Positions 55,913 through 64,000 of a stretch of DNA of 64,000 nucleotides are shown here, in pieces. The stretch is from Synergistaceae bacterium (GTDB lineage Bacteria; Synergistota; Synergistia; Synergistales; Aminobacteriaceae). Numbering within the stretch: position 1 is the first letter of the stretch; every line of letters starts with the position of its first letter. Made by a program: the position numbers and the translations under genes. The stretch spans positions 78,282 to 142,281 of the forward strand of contig JAFSWZ010000013.1 in the NCBI GenBank assembly GCA_017450125.1. Reading direction: 5' to 3'. A model generated the notes under the pieces. It saw only the letters and a program-made list of their open reading frames with translations, had not been told where the DNA came from and ran no database searches.

Positions 55913-56347
55913 ATGCTGGAAAAATTATTGCTCAACCATTACGAGGCCGCCGCAGTCATCCTCTCTGGGATAGGCCTGACGAATCTGCTTCTTCAGCGCA
56001 ACCTCATCAAGAAGATCATCGGCCTCAACATCATGGACACTGCGGTCTACCTGTTCTTGGCCGCGAAAGGCTACGTTGAAGGCAGAGCCGCACCGATTCT
56101 GATTCCTGCGGAGGGCGGCGGATGGATAACCAACCCAGACGTGTACGTCAACCCCGTACCTGCAGGCCTCGTCCTCACGGGAATTGTCGTCAGCGTGAGC
56201 GTTACAGCGTTCGCGCTTGCATTAACTCTCCGACTGTACGAGCATTACGGGACGCTGAACATTGACGAGGCACTCATGAAGATGACCGAACAGCAGGAAG
56301 ACATTGAGGCCAAGATTTCGCGGGCAGAAGAGGATGTGCTGTCATGA
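55913..56347 (+). CDS. mrpC: Mrp antiporter subunit C (NuoK-like)
   Basis: IIGLNIMDTAVYLFL, VLTGIVVSVSVTAFALAL. Confidence 0.75.
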   Translation: MLEKLLLNHYEAAAVILSGIGLTNLLLQRNLIKKIIGLNIMDTAVYLFLAAKGYVEGRAAPILIPAEGGGWITNPDVYVNPVPAGLVLTGIVVSVSVTAFALALTLRLYEHYGTLNIDEALMKMTEQQEDIEAKISRAEEDVLS

Positions 56348-57855
56348 ACGAAGTAAACATGTTCGCGTTCAACATCCCGTTCATCAGTATCTTCGTGATG
56401 ATGATCTCGGCGATAATCACTCCCCTGCTCCCGACGCGCAACAGGCTTCCCGAGAAGCTGTCGTGTTACGCTATCGGCACTGTGGGAGTTCTGTCGGCGT
56501 ACCTGCTCTACAGTCTGACGGCAGGAGGGCAAAGCATCGCCTTCAACTTCGCGATGGGACATTTCCCTGCCCCTTGGGGAAACGAACTGAGAGCCGGGCC
56601 TCTGGAGGCTGTGCTTGCGCTGGTCTTCTGTGCGGCAATGCTGCTCTCGCTGACCGGCAACTTCTCGTCAACTCAGGAGGACATCCCCGCCTCGCGCCGA
56701 AGCATCTTCTGCGTGCTGGTGAACCTGCTCACAGCTTCTCTTCTTGCGCTGACGTACACCAACGACCTCTTCACAGCGTATGTCTTCATCGAGATAAACA
56801 CTATCGCGGCGTGCTCGATTGTCGCGGTCAAGGAGGGCCCGGAGACAGTGAGAGCGGCAATCCGCTACCTCGTGATGAGCCTAGTGGGCTCGGGGCTGGT
56901 GATGATCGCGATATGCCTGCTCTACGACTTGACGGGACACCTCCTGATGCAGAACATGCACGGAGCGATTCAGGTTCTTGTCGCGACGAAGAGCTACATG
57001 ATGCCGCTGACCGTGTCGCTGGCGTTCATCACTGTCGGGCTCGCCATAAAGAGCGCGCTTTATCCTTTCGCGGCGTGGCTGCCTGACGCTCACGGAAGCT
57101 CGACGAACGCTTCAAGCGCAATACTCTCCGGCCTCGTCCTGAAGGGGCACATCTTCACCGTCATAAAGATATTCTACAGAGTGTTCGGGCTGGATGTGAT
57201 TCATGCCTTGAGGATGGACACGGTGATATTCATTCTCGGAGTCGCGGCAATGATTATGGGTTCGGTTCACGCTCTGCAGCAGAAGAACGTGAAGCGTATG
57301 ATTGCGTGGTCGAGCGTCGCTCAGGTCGGGTATATTTTTCTCGGCGTAGGCCTGAACACCGCCGCAGGAGTAGCCGCCGCGTGCCTTCACATAATCGTTC
57401 ACGCGACAGTTAAGCCGATGCTGTTCACCGCCGCAGGAGGCCTCAGCAACGCCGCCGGGCACAAGAAGGGGCTTCATGCCTTGATGGGAACGTTCTACGT
57501 CAACCGCTGGGCCGGGCTTGGCCTCGTTGCTGGAGCGTGCTCGATGATGGGAGTTCCGGCGTTCGCGGGGTTCGCCTCGAAGCTCAGCCTGATGCTCGCG
57601 TCGTTTGACAGTCCTTTTGTCGCTTGGTCATTGGCGGCACTGGCGGCGAGCTCCGTCCTTAACGCCCTCTACTACGTCCCTGCAGTAATCGTTATCCTCA
57701 CCCACAACAAGGACGCAGAAAAGAACTTCACCGCGCCTCCTCCGACGAAACTCTACAACTTCTCGATGTTCGTGTTTCTCGCGCTGAATTTCTACTTGGG
57801 GCTGTTCTGTATGCCGCTGCTGAGGCTGATAACTAGGGGGGTGAACGTGCTGTGA
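56344..57855 (+). CDS. mrpD: Mrp subunit D / NuoL-M-N family proton-translocating subunit
   Basis: 503 aa polytopic. AWLPDAHGSSTNASSAILSGLVLKG, WSSVAQVGYIFLG. Confidence 0.8.
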   Translation: MNEVNMFAFNIPFISIFVMMISAIITPLLPTRNRLPEKLSCYAIGTVGVLSAYLLYSLTAGGQSIAFNFAMGHFPAPWGNELRAGPLEAVLALVFCAAMLLSLTGNFSSTQEDIPASRRSIFCVLVNLLTASLLALTYTNDLFTAYVFIEINTIAACSIVAVKEGPETVRAAIRYLVMSLVGSGLVMIAICLLYDLTGHLLMQNMHGAIQVLVATKSYMMPLTVSLAFITVGLAIKSALYPFAAWLPDAHGSSTNASSAILSGLVLKGHIFTVIKIFYRVFGLDVIHALRMDTVIFILGVAAMIMGSVHALQQKNVKRMIAWSSVAQVGYIFLGVGLNTAAGVAAACLHIIVHATVKPMLFTAAGGLSNAAGHKKGLHALMGTFYVNRWAGLGLVAGACSMMGVPAFAGFASKLSLMLASFDSPFVAWSLAALAASSVLNALYYVPAVIVILTHNKDAEKNFTAPPPTKLYNFSMFVFLALNFYLGLFCMPLLRLITRGVNVL

Positions 57856-59342
57856 GCAATGCATACCTTACGCTTATACCGATACTGTTCCCGATAATTG
57901 CCGGGTTTGCGCTGTTTTCGAGGCCGATCTTCGAGGACAGGCACATTTACGTAGGAGTGATGACGTTCCTGACTGCGGGAATAACCTTCGCGGCAGTATG
58001 CCTGACGGGCAGTGAGCTGATAGTTCTCTGGCGCGTAACGCCCTCGCTGTCGATCGCCTTCAGGTTCGACTATCCCGCTAGAGCTTTCGCGTGCCTAGTG
58101 TCGTTCATCTGGCCTCTGGTTACGCTGTATGCGTTCGAGTACTTGAGACGGCGGCCGCCTGTGGACAGGTTCTACTGCTTCTTCCTGTCGACGTACGGAA
58201 TACTTATCGGCGTTGCGTGTGCCGCTAATCTCCTCACGCTGTACCTGTTCTACGAGCTGATGACGTTCATGACTCTTCCGCTGGTTATGCACTCACAGCA
58301 GAGGGAGGCGATACGAGCGACGGTCTCGTACCTGCTGTATTCGCTGGTAGGTGCGGCACTTGCGCTGGGAGGATTCTTCTTCTTCCAGGTGTACGGTGTC
58401 TCGATGGAGTTTACGCCGGGCGGAGTGCTGGACATGGCGCGTATAACCGCAGAGCACAGCGAAGGAATGCTTCTCACCGTAACCTTCCTGACGCTCGTAG
58501 GTTTCGGGGCGAAGGCTGGGCTTGTGCCTCTTCACGCGTGGCTTCCGACCGCTCACCCTGTTGCTCCGACACCGGCAAGCGCGGTACTCTCCGGCTTAAT
58601 CACGAAGGCAGGAGTTATCGCGATGTTCAGGGTAATCTATTACGTCGTGGGTGATGATTTTCTGCGCGGGACGTGGGTTCAGACGGCGATAATCTGCATG
58701 GCACTGCTGACCATCTTCACCGGCTCAATGATGGCTTACACAGAAAAGCACCTGAAGAAACGTATTGCGTGGTCGAGTGTGAGCAATGTCTCCTACGTCG
58801 TGTTTGCGATGATGCTGCTGAACGCCGACGGTCTGAGGGGAGCGGTTCTGCAGATTGCGGCTCACGCTATGGCGAAGAGCTGCCTGTTCCTGAGCGCGGG
58901 AGTGGTGATCTACTTCACGCTTGAGGGAGCGAACTACCACTACGCTGACCAGCTCAAAGGCGTGGGCAAGGAGCTTCCCATCACAATGACGTGCTTTGCG
59001 CTGGCTTCGGTGTCGCTGATAGGGCTTCCTGTTACGGGAGGATTCGTGGCCAAGTGGTACATGGCTTCGGGAGCACTGGGGCTGGGCTGGCTCGGCGGGG
59101 CTGGAATTGCCGTGCTGATGGTGAGTGCCTTGCTGACGGCCGGGTACTTGCTGCCGATTGTTACTGATGCGTTCTTTCCGGGAGCTGACTACGACTACAC
59201 GAGGGTTGTTCAGCAGAAGGAACTGACGGTGAACATGAAGATTCCGTTATTGCTGCTGAGTGCCGGAGCGGTGTTGACGGGATTGTTCGGCGGGTACATC
59301 ATGGATTTCGTCGGGACGAAGATTATTCCCGTTCTGCTGTAA
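57852..59342 (+). CDS. Second NuoL/M/N-family subunit (MrpD or MrpA-N-like)
   Basis: 496 aa. HAWLPTAHPVAPTPASAVLSGLITKAG, WSSVSNVSYVVFAM. Confidence 0.8.
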   Translation: MSNAYLTLIPILFPIIAGFALFSRPIFEDRHIYVGVMTFLTAGITFAAVCLTGSELIVLWRVTPSLSIAFRFDYPARAFACLVSFIWPLVTLYAFEYLRRRPPVDRFYCFFLSTYGILIGVACAANLLTLYLFYELMTFMTLPLVMHSQQREAIRATVSYLLYSLVGAALALGGFFFFQVYGVSMEFTPGGVLDMARITAEHSEGMLLTVTFLTLVGFGAKAGLVPLHAWLPTAHPVAPTPASAVLSGLITKAGVIAMFRVIYYVVGDDFLRGTWVQTAIICMALLTIFTGSMMAYTEKHLKKRIAWSSVSNVSYVVFAMMLLNADGLRGAVLQIAAHAMAKSCLFLSAGVVIYFTLEGANYHYADQLKGVGKELPITMTCFALASVSLIGLPVTGGFVAKWYMASGALGLGWLGGAGIAVLMVSALLTAGYLLPIVTDAFFPGADYDYTRVVQQKELTVNMKIPLLLLSAGAVLTGLFGGYIMDFVGTKIIPVLL

Positions 59343-59348
59343 AAAGTT

Positions 59349-59378
59349 TCCCCCTGTTGATTACGGCAGGGGGATTTA
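59349..59378. terminator. Bidirectional terminator between the Mrp operon and ldh
   Basis: TCCCCCTG-loop-CAGGGGGA with flanking A/T runs, between convergent stops. Confidence 0.65.
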
Positions 59379-59381
59379 TCA

Positions 59382-60329
59382 TCACAATACGTCGCTGATT
59401 ACTTCTTTGAGAACGCTTGCACTTTCCCTCAGCTTCCGTTGTTCCGTAACGTCAAGCCGTACAGGAATCAAGTCCTCTATTCCGTCCTTGCCGATAATCG
59501 CCGGCATACTCAGCGCAACATCCTCAACGCCATAGACATCCTTCATCAGGCTAGAGACTGCCAGAACAGATTTCTCGTCCCTGATGATTGCCTCGCAGAT
59601 GCGCTTCACTGCCATCGCTATGCCGTAATACGTCGCGTTTTTGCGCTTGATTATCTCGTAAGCACTGTTCCTGACTTCGTCCTCTATCTTCCGTGAGGCT
59701 TCCTCAAAATGTGAATGCCCCCTCATAGTGCAGAAGTCGTAGAGCGGGACTCCCGAGACGTTCGCGCTCGACCATGCCGCAAACTCGCTGTCCCCGTGTT
59801 CGCCGATGATGAATGCGTGAATGCTCCGGCTGTCAACGCTGAGATGTTCGCTGAGCAGGTACTTCAGGCGCGCGGTGTCAAGGACTGTCCCCGAACCGAT
59901 GACCTTCTTTGCGGGAAGTCCCGAGTACTTGGCCGCAACGTACGTGAGGATGTCGACGGGGTTAGCGACGACGAGCATGATACCTTTGCACTGACGCTTA
60001 GCGAACTCCGGCATGATGGATTTGAAGATGTTTACGTTCTTCTTCACGAGATCAAGGCGCGTCTCTCCGGGCTTCTGGTTTGCCCCGGCGGTAACAACGA
60101 TTACTGCGGCATCCTGTGCGTCGTCGTAGTCCCCCGCGTAAATCTTCATCGGACGGGCGAGAGGCATTCCGTGCCCGATGTCGAGAGCTTCGCCTTCTGC
60201 GCGTCCGTGATCCACGTCAATTAGAACCATCTCCGAGAACAGGCCGCTCTGCATCAGCGCGAAAGCACTTGCACTCCCGACGAAACCACAGCCTATTATC
60301 GCGACCTTGCGCAGATTAATATTTGCCAT
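59382..60329 (-). CDS. ldh: L-lactate dehydrogenase
   Basis: KVAIIGCGFVGSASAF, VVTAGANQKPGETRLDL, GEHGDSE. ATG at 60329 (MANINL) lies 12 nt after GAGGG; the ORF-track ATG at 60341 sits on the RBS. Confidence 0.9.
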   Translation of the reverse strand: MANINLRKVAIIGCGFVGSASAFALMQSGLFSEMVLIDVDHGRAEGEALDIGHGMPLARPMKIYAGDYDDAQDAAVIVVTAGANQKPGETRLDLVKKNVNIFKSIMPEFAKRQCKGIMLVVANPVDILTYVAAKYSGLPAKKVIGSGTVLDTARLKYLLSEHLSVDSRSIHAFIIGEHGDSEFAAWSSANVSGVPLYDFCTMRGHSHFEEASRKIEDEVRNSAYEIIKRKNATYYGIAMAVKRICEAIIRDEKSVLAVSSLMKDVYGVEDVALSMPAIIGKDGIEDLIPVRLDVTEQRKLRESASVLKEVISDVL

Positions 60330-60344
60330 GACTTGCCGCATCCC

Positions 60345-60950
60345 TCATTCTTCTACAGTTATAGTTCCGTTCTTTGACAGCAGGAAGCTGATAATCTCCG
60401 ACTCTCTAGCCTCAAGTTCAGCATTTCTTTCGTCTGAGAATCTGCTGTGAGGTATGAGCTTGCATATGTCCCAGTTTTTCCCTGTCCTGTCAACAGCCCG
60501 CAATGTCCGTGATCTTTCGCGCCTCTTTTGTTTATAGACGGACTGGTAAACCTTCACGATGTCCGTATATCTGAGGACAGAACAGCAATTCCCGCCGAAC
60601 AAATATCTATCCCCAAAACGAATATGATCCTGAAAGAAAGGCTGGGCAGAAGAAAAGTCTGCTGCTGCTTCATCAAGACTATTGCTGCTTGTGAGAGACT
60701 TCACCGTTTTCCTGTAGTCCATGAAAGGCAAGAACGCGAAGAAACAATACGCCGGAATGAACACCGCAAACAACACAAGCTCGAATGTCGAGGCATTTCC
60801 TGCAGAAATTTTTTTGATCATTACCCACAGCAGATATAGTGCAGAGAGGGGGAAAAACGTCGCCGTGAAAAGCACCTGCCAAACAGGCGGACGTATATAC
60901 TTCAGCATTGCATTCCTATTGTCCACATAATCACCATCCATCATCTCCAA
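60345..60950 (-). CDS. Hypothetical two-TM membrane protein
   Basis: Two N-terminal hydrophobic helices plus a soluble C-domain. No family recognised. Visibly lower GC than its neighbours. Confidence 0.5.
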   Translation of the reverse strand: MEMMDGDYVDNRNAMLKYIRPPVWQVLFTATFFPLSALYLLWVMIKKISAGNASTFELVLFAVFIPAYCFFAFLPFMDYRKTVKSLTSSNSLDEAAADFSSAQPFFQDHIRFGDRYLFGGNCCSVLRYTDIVKVYQSVYKQKRRERSRTLRAVDRTGKNWDICKLIPHSRFSDERNAELEARESEIISFLLSKNGTITVEE

Positions 60951-60968
60951 AAATACGTCAGGGACTTG

Positions 60969-62390
60969 TTACAGTCCCATAACGTACTCAAGGCACGTCC
61001 TCACCCCGAACGCGCTCGCTCCCTTAGCGTACACGCCTTCTTCTTTGTCCTTGAAGTCCGTGCCCGCAATGTCCATGTGCGCCCACGCTATGCCCTCGCC
61101 GACAAACTCCTTCAGGAACAGAGCCGCGAATATAGCTCCGCCGTACCTGTTTCCGCTGTTTACGAGGTCAGCATAAGGAGACTTCAGGGACTCGGAGATG
61201 TGCTCGTCCTCGAGGGGCATCCTCCAGAAGGGCTCGCCCTGAGCTCCTGAGGCAGACAGAATCTCGCCCGCGAGTCCGTCGTCGTTCGAGAAGAGACCTG
61301 CGCGGTATTTTCCCAGAGCCACGACACACGCACCAGTGAGCGTCGCCATGTCAATAATCGCGTCGGGCTTCAGCTCGCTGGCAACACACAGAGCGTCCGC
61401 AAGCACGAGCCTGCCTTCCGCGTCAGTGTTGTTGATCTCGATGGTCTTGCCGTTGCGCGCAGTGATTATGTCGTCGGGACGGTACGAACTCCCTGAAGGC
61501 ATGTTCTCGGCGCACGACAGAATGCCGTGAACCTCGACGTTCAGGCCAAGTTCAGCGACTCCCTTCATGACTCCGAGAACGTTGCACGCGCCGGTCTTGT
61601 CGCCCTTCATCGTTAGCATGAACTGGTCAGGCTTGATGTTGAGGCCTCCGCTGTCGAAGGTTATACCTTTGCCGACAAAAACGATTTTCTTCACGGGGTT
61701 AGCGGGTGTGTACGCAAGGTGAATAAGGCGCGGTGGATTCTTTGAGCCGCTTCCGACAGCAAGAATCCCGCCGGTTTTCTCTGCCTTCAGCCTCTCCTCG
61801 TCCCAGACTTCGCAGGTCAGTCCGTACTGTTCCGCGAGTGCCTGAGCCTTCTCCGCCATTACCTGAGGCCATACAGCACAGCCCGGCTCGTTGGCGATGT
61901 CGCGGGAGAATATCTGTGCTTCCGCGAACGTCAAGCCCCTCGCAAAATCTCCGTCGATGTCCGTGAAGATTTCTTCAAGCGCAAACGGTTCGTAGTCTTC
62001 CTTCTTTGCCTTGTACTTGTCGAAAACGTACCCGCACAGCCCTGCGGCCTCTCCGAGCACAGCACCCAAGCCCTCAGCTCCGAGATGCGACAGAGGAACG
62101 AACGCACTCTTCGCGCGTTTGCGTCCTGCCGCCCTCAGGCCTGAAGCGAGAGCATCACGGATTACGTTCAGCGCGGGCTTCTTTCCGAGACCGGCCAAGT
62201 ACAGCGTCCCTTCAACGAGCGGAACACGCAGAAGGCTTCCCTTCTTGCCGGTGAAATCTTTGCGGGCAATCAGAGAAGCCGTTATCTCCTTGAGGCTGTC
62301 AGGGAGAGCAGGAAGGTTTGTGCAGTCCTCTTCCCGAAGCAGAACAAGGACACTATCAACGGGAGTGTTCTCCCAGCGGTTAATCTGCAT
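60969..62390 (-). CDS. pepA: Leucyl aminopeptidase (M17)
   Basis: VGKGITFDSGGLNIKP, NTDAEGRLVLADAL, DMATLTGA. Confidence 0.92.
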   Translation of the reverse strand: MQINRWENTPVDSVLVLLREEDCTNLPALPDSLKEITASLIARKDFTGKKGSLLRVPLVEGTLYLAGLGKKPALNVIRDALASGLRAAGRKRAKSAFVPLSHLGAEGLGAVLGEAAGLCGYVFDKYKAKKEDYEPFALEEIFTDIDGDFARGLTFAEAQIFSRDIANEPGCAVWPQVMAEKAQALAEQYGLTCEVWDEERLKAEKTGGILAVGSGSKNPPRLIHLAYTPANPVKKIVFVGKGITFDSGGLNIKPDQFMLTMKGDKTGACNVLGVMKGVAELGLNVEVHGILSCAENMPSGSSYRPDDIITARNGKTIEINNTDAEGRLVLADALCVASELKPDAIIDMATLTGACVVALGKYRAGLFSNDDGLAGEILSASGAQGEPFWRMPLEDEHISESLKSPYADLVNSGNRYGGAIFAALFLKEFVGEGIAWAHMDIAGTDFKDKEEGVYAKGASAFGVRTCLEYVMGL

Positions 62391-62583
62391 TTACAGCACG
62401 CTTGACGTAGCCGGACTTCAGGCACTTGGTGCAGACCCTGACCTTCATGGTCGTGCCGTCTCCGCAGTCTACCTTGACGCTCTGAAGGTTGATCAGCCAG
62501 CGTCTCCTTGTGTGTCTGTTGGAATGGCTCACAGCGTTACCGGCCACAGGCCCGCGCCCGCAGCACTCACAAAATTTAGCCAT
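62380..62583 (-). CDS. rpmB: 50S ribosomal protein L28
   Basis: MAKFCECCGRGPVAGNAVSHSNRHTRRRW..NLQ, 67 aa. Confidence 0.9.
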   Translation of the reverse strand: MAKFCECCGRGPVAGNAVSHSNRHTRRRWLINLQSVKVDCGDGTTMKVRVCTKCLKSGYVKRAVNAD

Positions 62584-62674
62584 AGTAATTAATCCTCCTG
62601 TATATGTGAAAAATTCAGTGATTGGGTAATTATAACAAATACCCCCCTGAATGTTCAGAAGGGTATCGTGATTA

Positions 62675-64000
62675 TTATTCTAGAATTGCTCCCTTGTCCG
62701 CCGACGTAACAAGTTTCGCGTAACGTGCCAAGTACCCTGTCTTGATCTTCGGCTCGTTGGGAGTCCAGTTTTTACGGCGTTCAGCAAGCTCCTCGTCGCT
62801 GACCTTGAGGGTTATGCTGTAGCTGTTGATGTCGATGGCTATGATGTCTCCCTCACGGACAAGCCCGATGTTCCCGCCGCTTGCCGCTTCAGGTGAGACG
62901 TGCCCGATGCTTGCGCCCCTCGTTGCGCCTGAAAATCTTCCGTCAGTGATGAGCGCAACACTCGTATCAAGCCCCATTCCGCAGATCGCGCTTGTGGGGT
63001 TGAGCATCTCGCGCATACCGGGCCCGCCCTTCGGACCTTCGTAGCGGATAACAACAACATCACCCGGATTAATCTTCTGCGCGTAGATTGCCGCAATAGC
63101 ATCATCCTCGCTGTCGAAGACTCTCGCAGGGCCTTCATGCTTCATCATTTCGGGAGCAACTGCAGAACGCTTCACTACGCACCCGTCCGGCGCAAGGTTG
63201 CCCTTCAGCACCGCTATTCCTCCGGTCTGCGAATAAGGGTTGTCGATGGGACGGATTATCGTAGTGTCCATAATCTCACAGCCCGCAATGTTCTCGGCTA
63301 CCGTCTTGCCTGTCGCTGTGAGAAGCGTCGTGTTGATGAGTCCCTTCTTGGCCAGCTCGTTCATCACGGCGTACACTCCGCCCGCACGGTCGAGATCTTC
63401 CATGAAGGTATCTCCTGCAGGTGCAAGGTGGCAGAGGTTCGGTGTGCGCTCGCTGATTGCGTTTGCGTGCGATAGGTCGATAGTTACGCCAGCTTCATGC
63501 GCGATTGCGGGAAGGTGAAGCATCGTGTTCGTCGAGCATCCCAACGCCATATCTACGGCCTCTGCGTTGTTGAAGGCTTCGGCGGTCATTATGTCGCGCG
63601 GACGTATATTCTTCTTCACCAGCTCCATAATCTTCATGCCGGTGAGCTTGGCCAGACGTATACGCGCGCTGTAAGGTGCAGGAATCGTTCCGTTGCCGTG
63701 TAACGACATGCCTATAGCTTCGGTGAGGCAGTTCATAGAATTTGCGGTGTACATTCCCGAACACGAACCGCACGACGGGCACGCGTTCTCCGTGTAGTCA
63801 TCGACTCCTGCTTCATCGAGCTTCCCTGCGTGGTACGCACCGACTGCCTCGAACATGTGGCTTAGGCACGTCCTGCGTCCGTCCTTGAGGTGTCCCGCGA
63901 GCATCGGCCCTCCAGCGCAGAAGATTGCGGGAATGTTCAGCCTTGCTGCCGCCATCAGGAGGCCGGGAACGTTCTTGTCGCAGTTGGGAATCATCACGAG
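62675..64000 (-). CDS. ilvD: Dihydroxy-acid dehydratase (C-terminal about 440 aa; gene continues past the right edge)
   Basis: [65 protein letters not shown]. The frame is open to the window end. Confidence 0.92.
   Translation of the reverse strand, partial: LVMIPNCDKNVPGLLMAAARLNIPAIFCAGGPMLAGHLKDGRRTCLSHMFEAVGAYHAGKLDEAGVDDYTENACPSCGSCSGMYTANSMNCLTEAIGMSLHGNGTIPAPYSARIRLAKLTGMKIMELVKKNIRPRDIMTAEAFNNAEAVDMALGCSTNTMLHLPAIAHEAGVTIDLSHANAISERTPNLCHLAPAGDTFMEDLDRAGGVYAVMNELAKKGLINTTLLTATGKTVAENIAGCEIMDTTIIRPIDNPYSQTGGIAVLKGNLAPDGCVVKRSAVAPEMMKHEGPARVFDSEDDAIAAIYAQKINPGDVVVIRYEGPKGGPGMREMLNPTSAICGMGLDTSVALITDGRFSGATRGASIGHVSPEAASGGNIGLVREGDIIAIDINSYSITLKVSDEELAERRKNWTPNEPKIKTGYLARYAKLVTSADKGAILE

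Noticed and set aside
56304-57086. 260-aa plus-strand ORF in an alternative frame of mrpD
   Set aside because: It is an Arg/Gly/Pro-rich out-of-frame translation of a polytopic membrane gene. The in-frame product has NuoN/M signature motifs.
1-64000. CRISPR arrays, rRNA, tRNA, IS elements
   Set aside because: I saw no regularly spaced direct repeats, no transposase-like ORFs and no intergenic region with tRNA-like or rRNA-like sequence. Apart from 51010-51298, the intergenic regions are only about 110 nt or shorter.

Overview
GC-rich, densely coding chromosomal window, with no rRNA, tRNA, CRISPR or obvious prophage. Gene content points to a diderm, flagellated anaerobe, most likely a Synergistota (Synergistetes) genome. 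It combines LPS late-step genes (GT19/LpxB-like, msbA-like, lpxK), flagellar L/P-ring genes (flgH, flgI) and SLH-domain OmpM-like porins with Firmicutes-like synteny (mreB/mbl-flgF-flgG; tmk-DUF327-holB-ricT). One protein ends in a Synergist-CTERM-like sorting tail. Recognisable housekeeping genes: rpsA, ispH, miaA, galT, cysS, prfB (classic +1 frameshift site), tmk, holB-like, rnj, uppP, maf, pbpC, pepA, rpmB, ldh and ilvD (partial). Also present: an [FeFe]-hydrogenase with a GltD/NuoF-like partner, a flagellar rod/ring operon and an 8-gene Mrp/Mbh-like antiporter module. The most interesting locus is 48.4-52.9 kb. Two divergently oriented SLH-porin paralogs flank a tyrosine recombinase. Only the right-hand paralog has a promoter, long leader, RBS and ATG. 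The left-hand one keeps an intact signal-peptide reading frame, but its ATG is replaced by AAA directly after an in-frame TGA. An exact 17-nt inverted repeat sits at codons 2-7 of both genes, exactly where an inversion would move the promoter/leader/RBS/ATG from one gene to the other. The next 101 amino acids of the two paralogs are 100% identical, yet 67 of those codons differ synonymously. The 17-mer is therefore the longest shared nucleotide stretch I found. I interpret this as a candidate recombinase-driven expression switch between alternative major outer-membrane porins. It is untested and based on sequence only. All family assignments come from motif recognition by eye; no searches were run.
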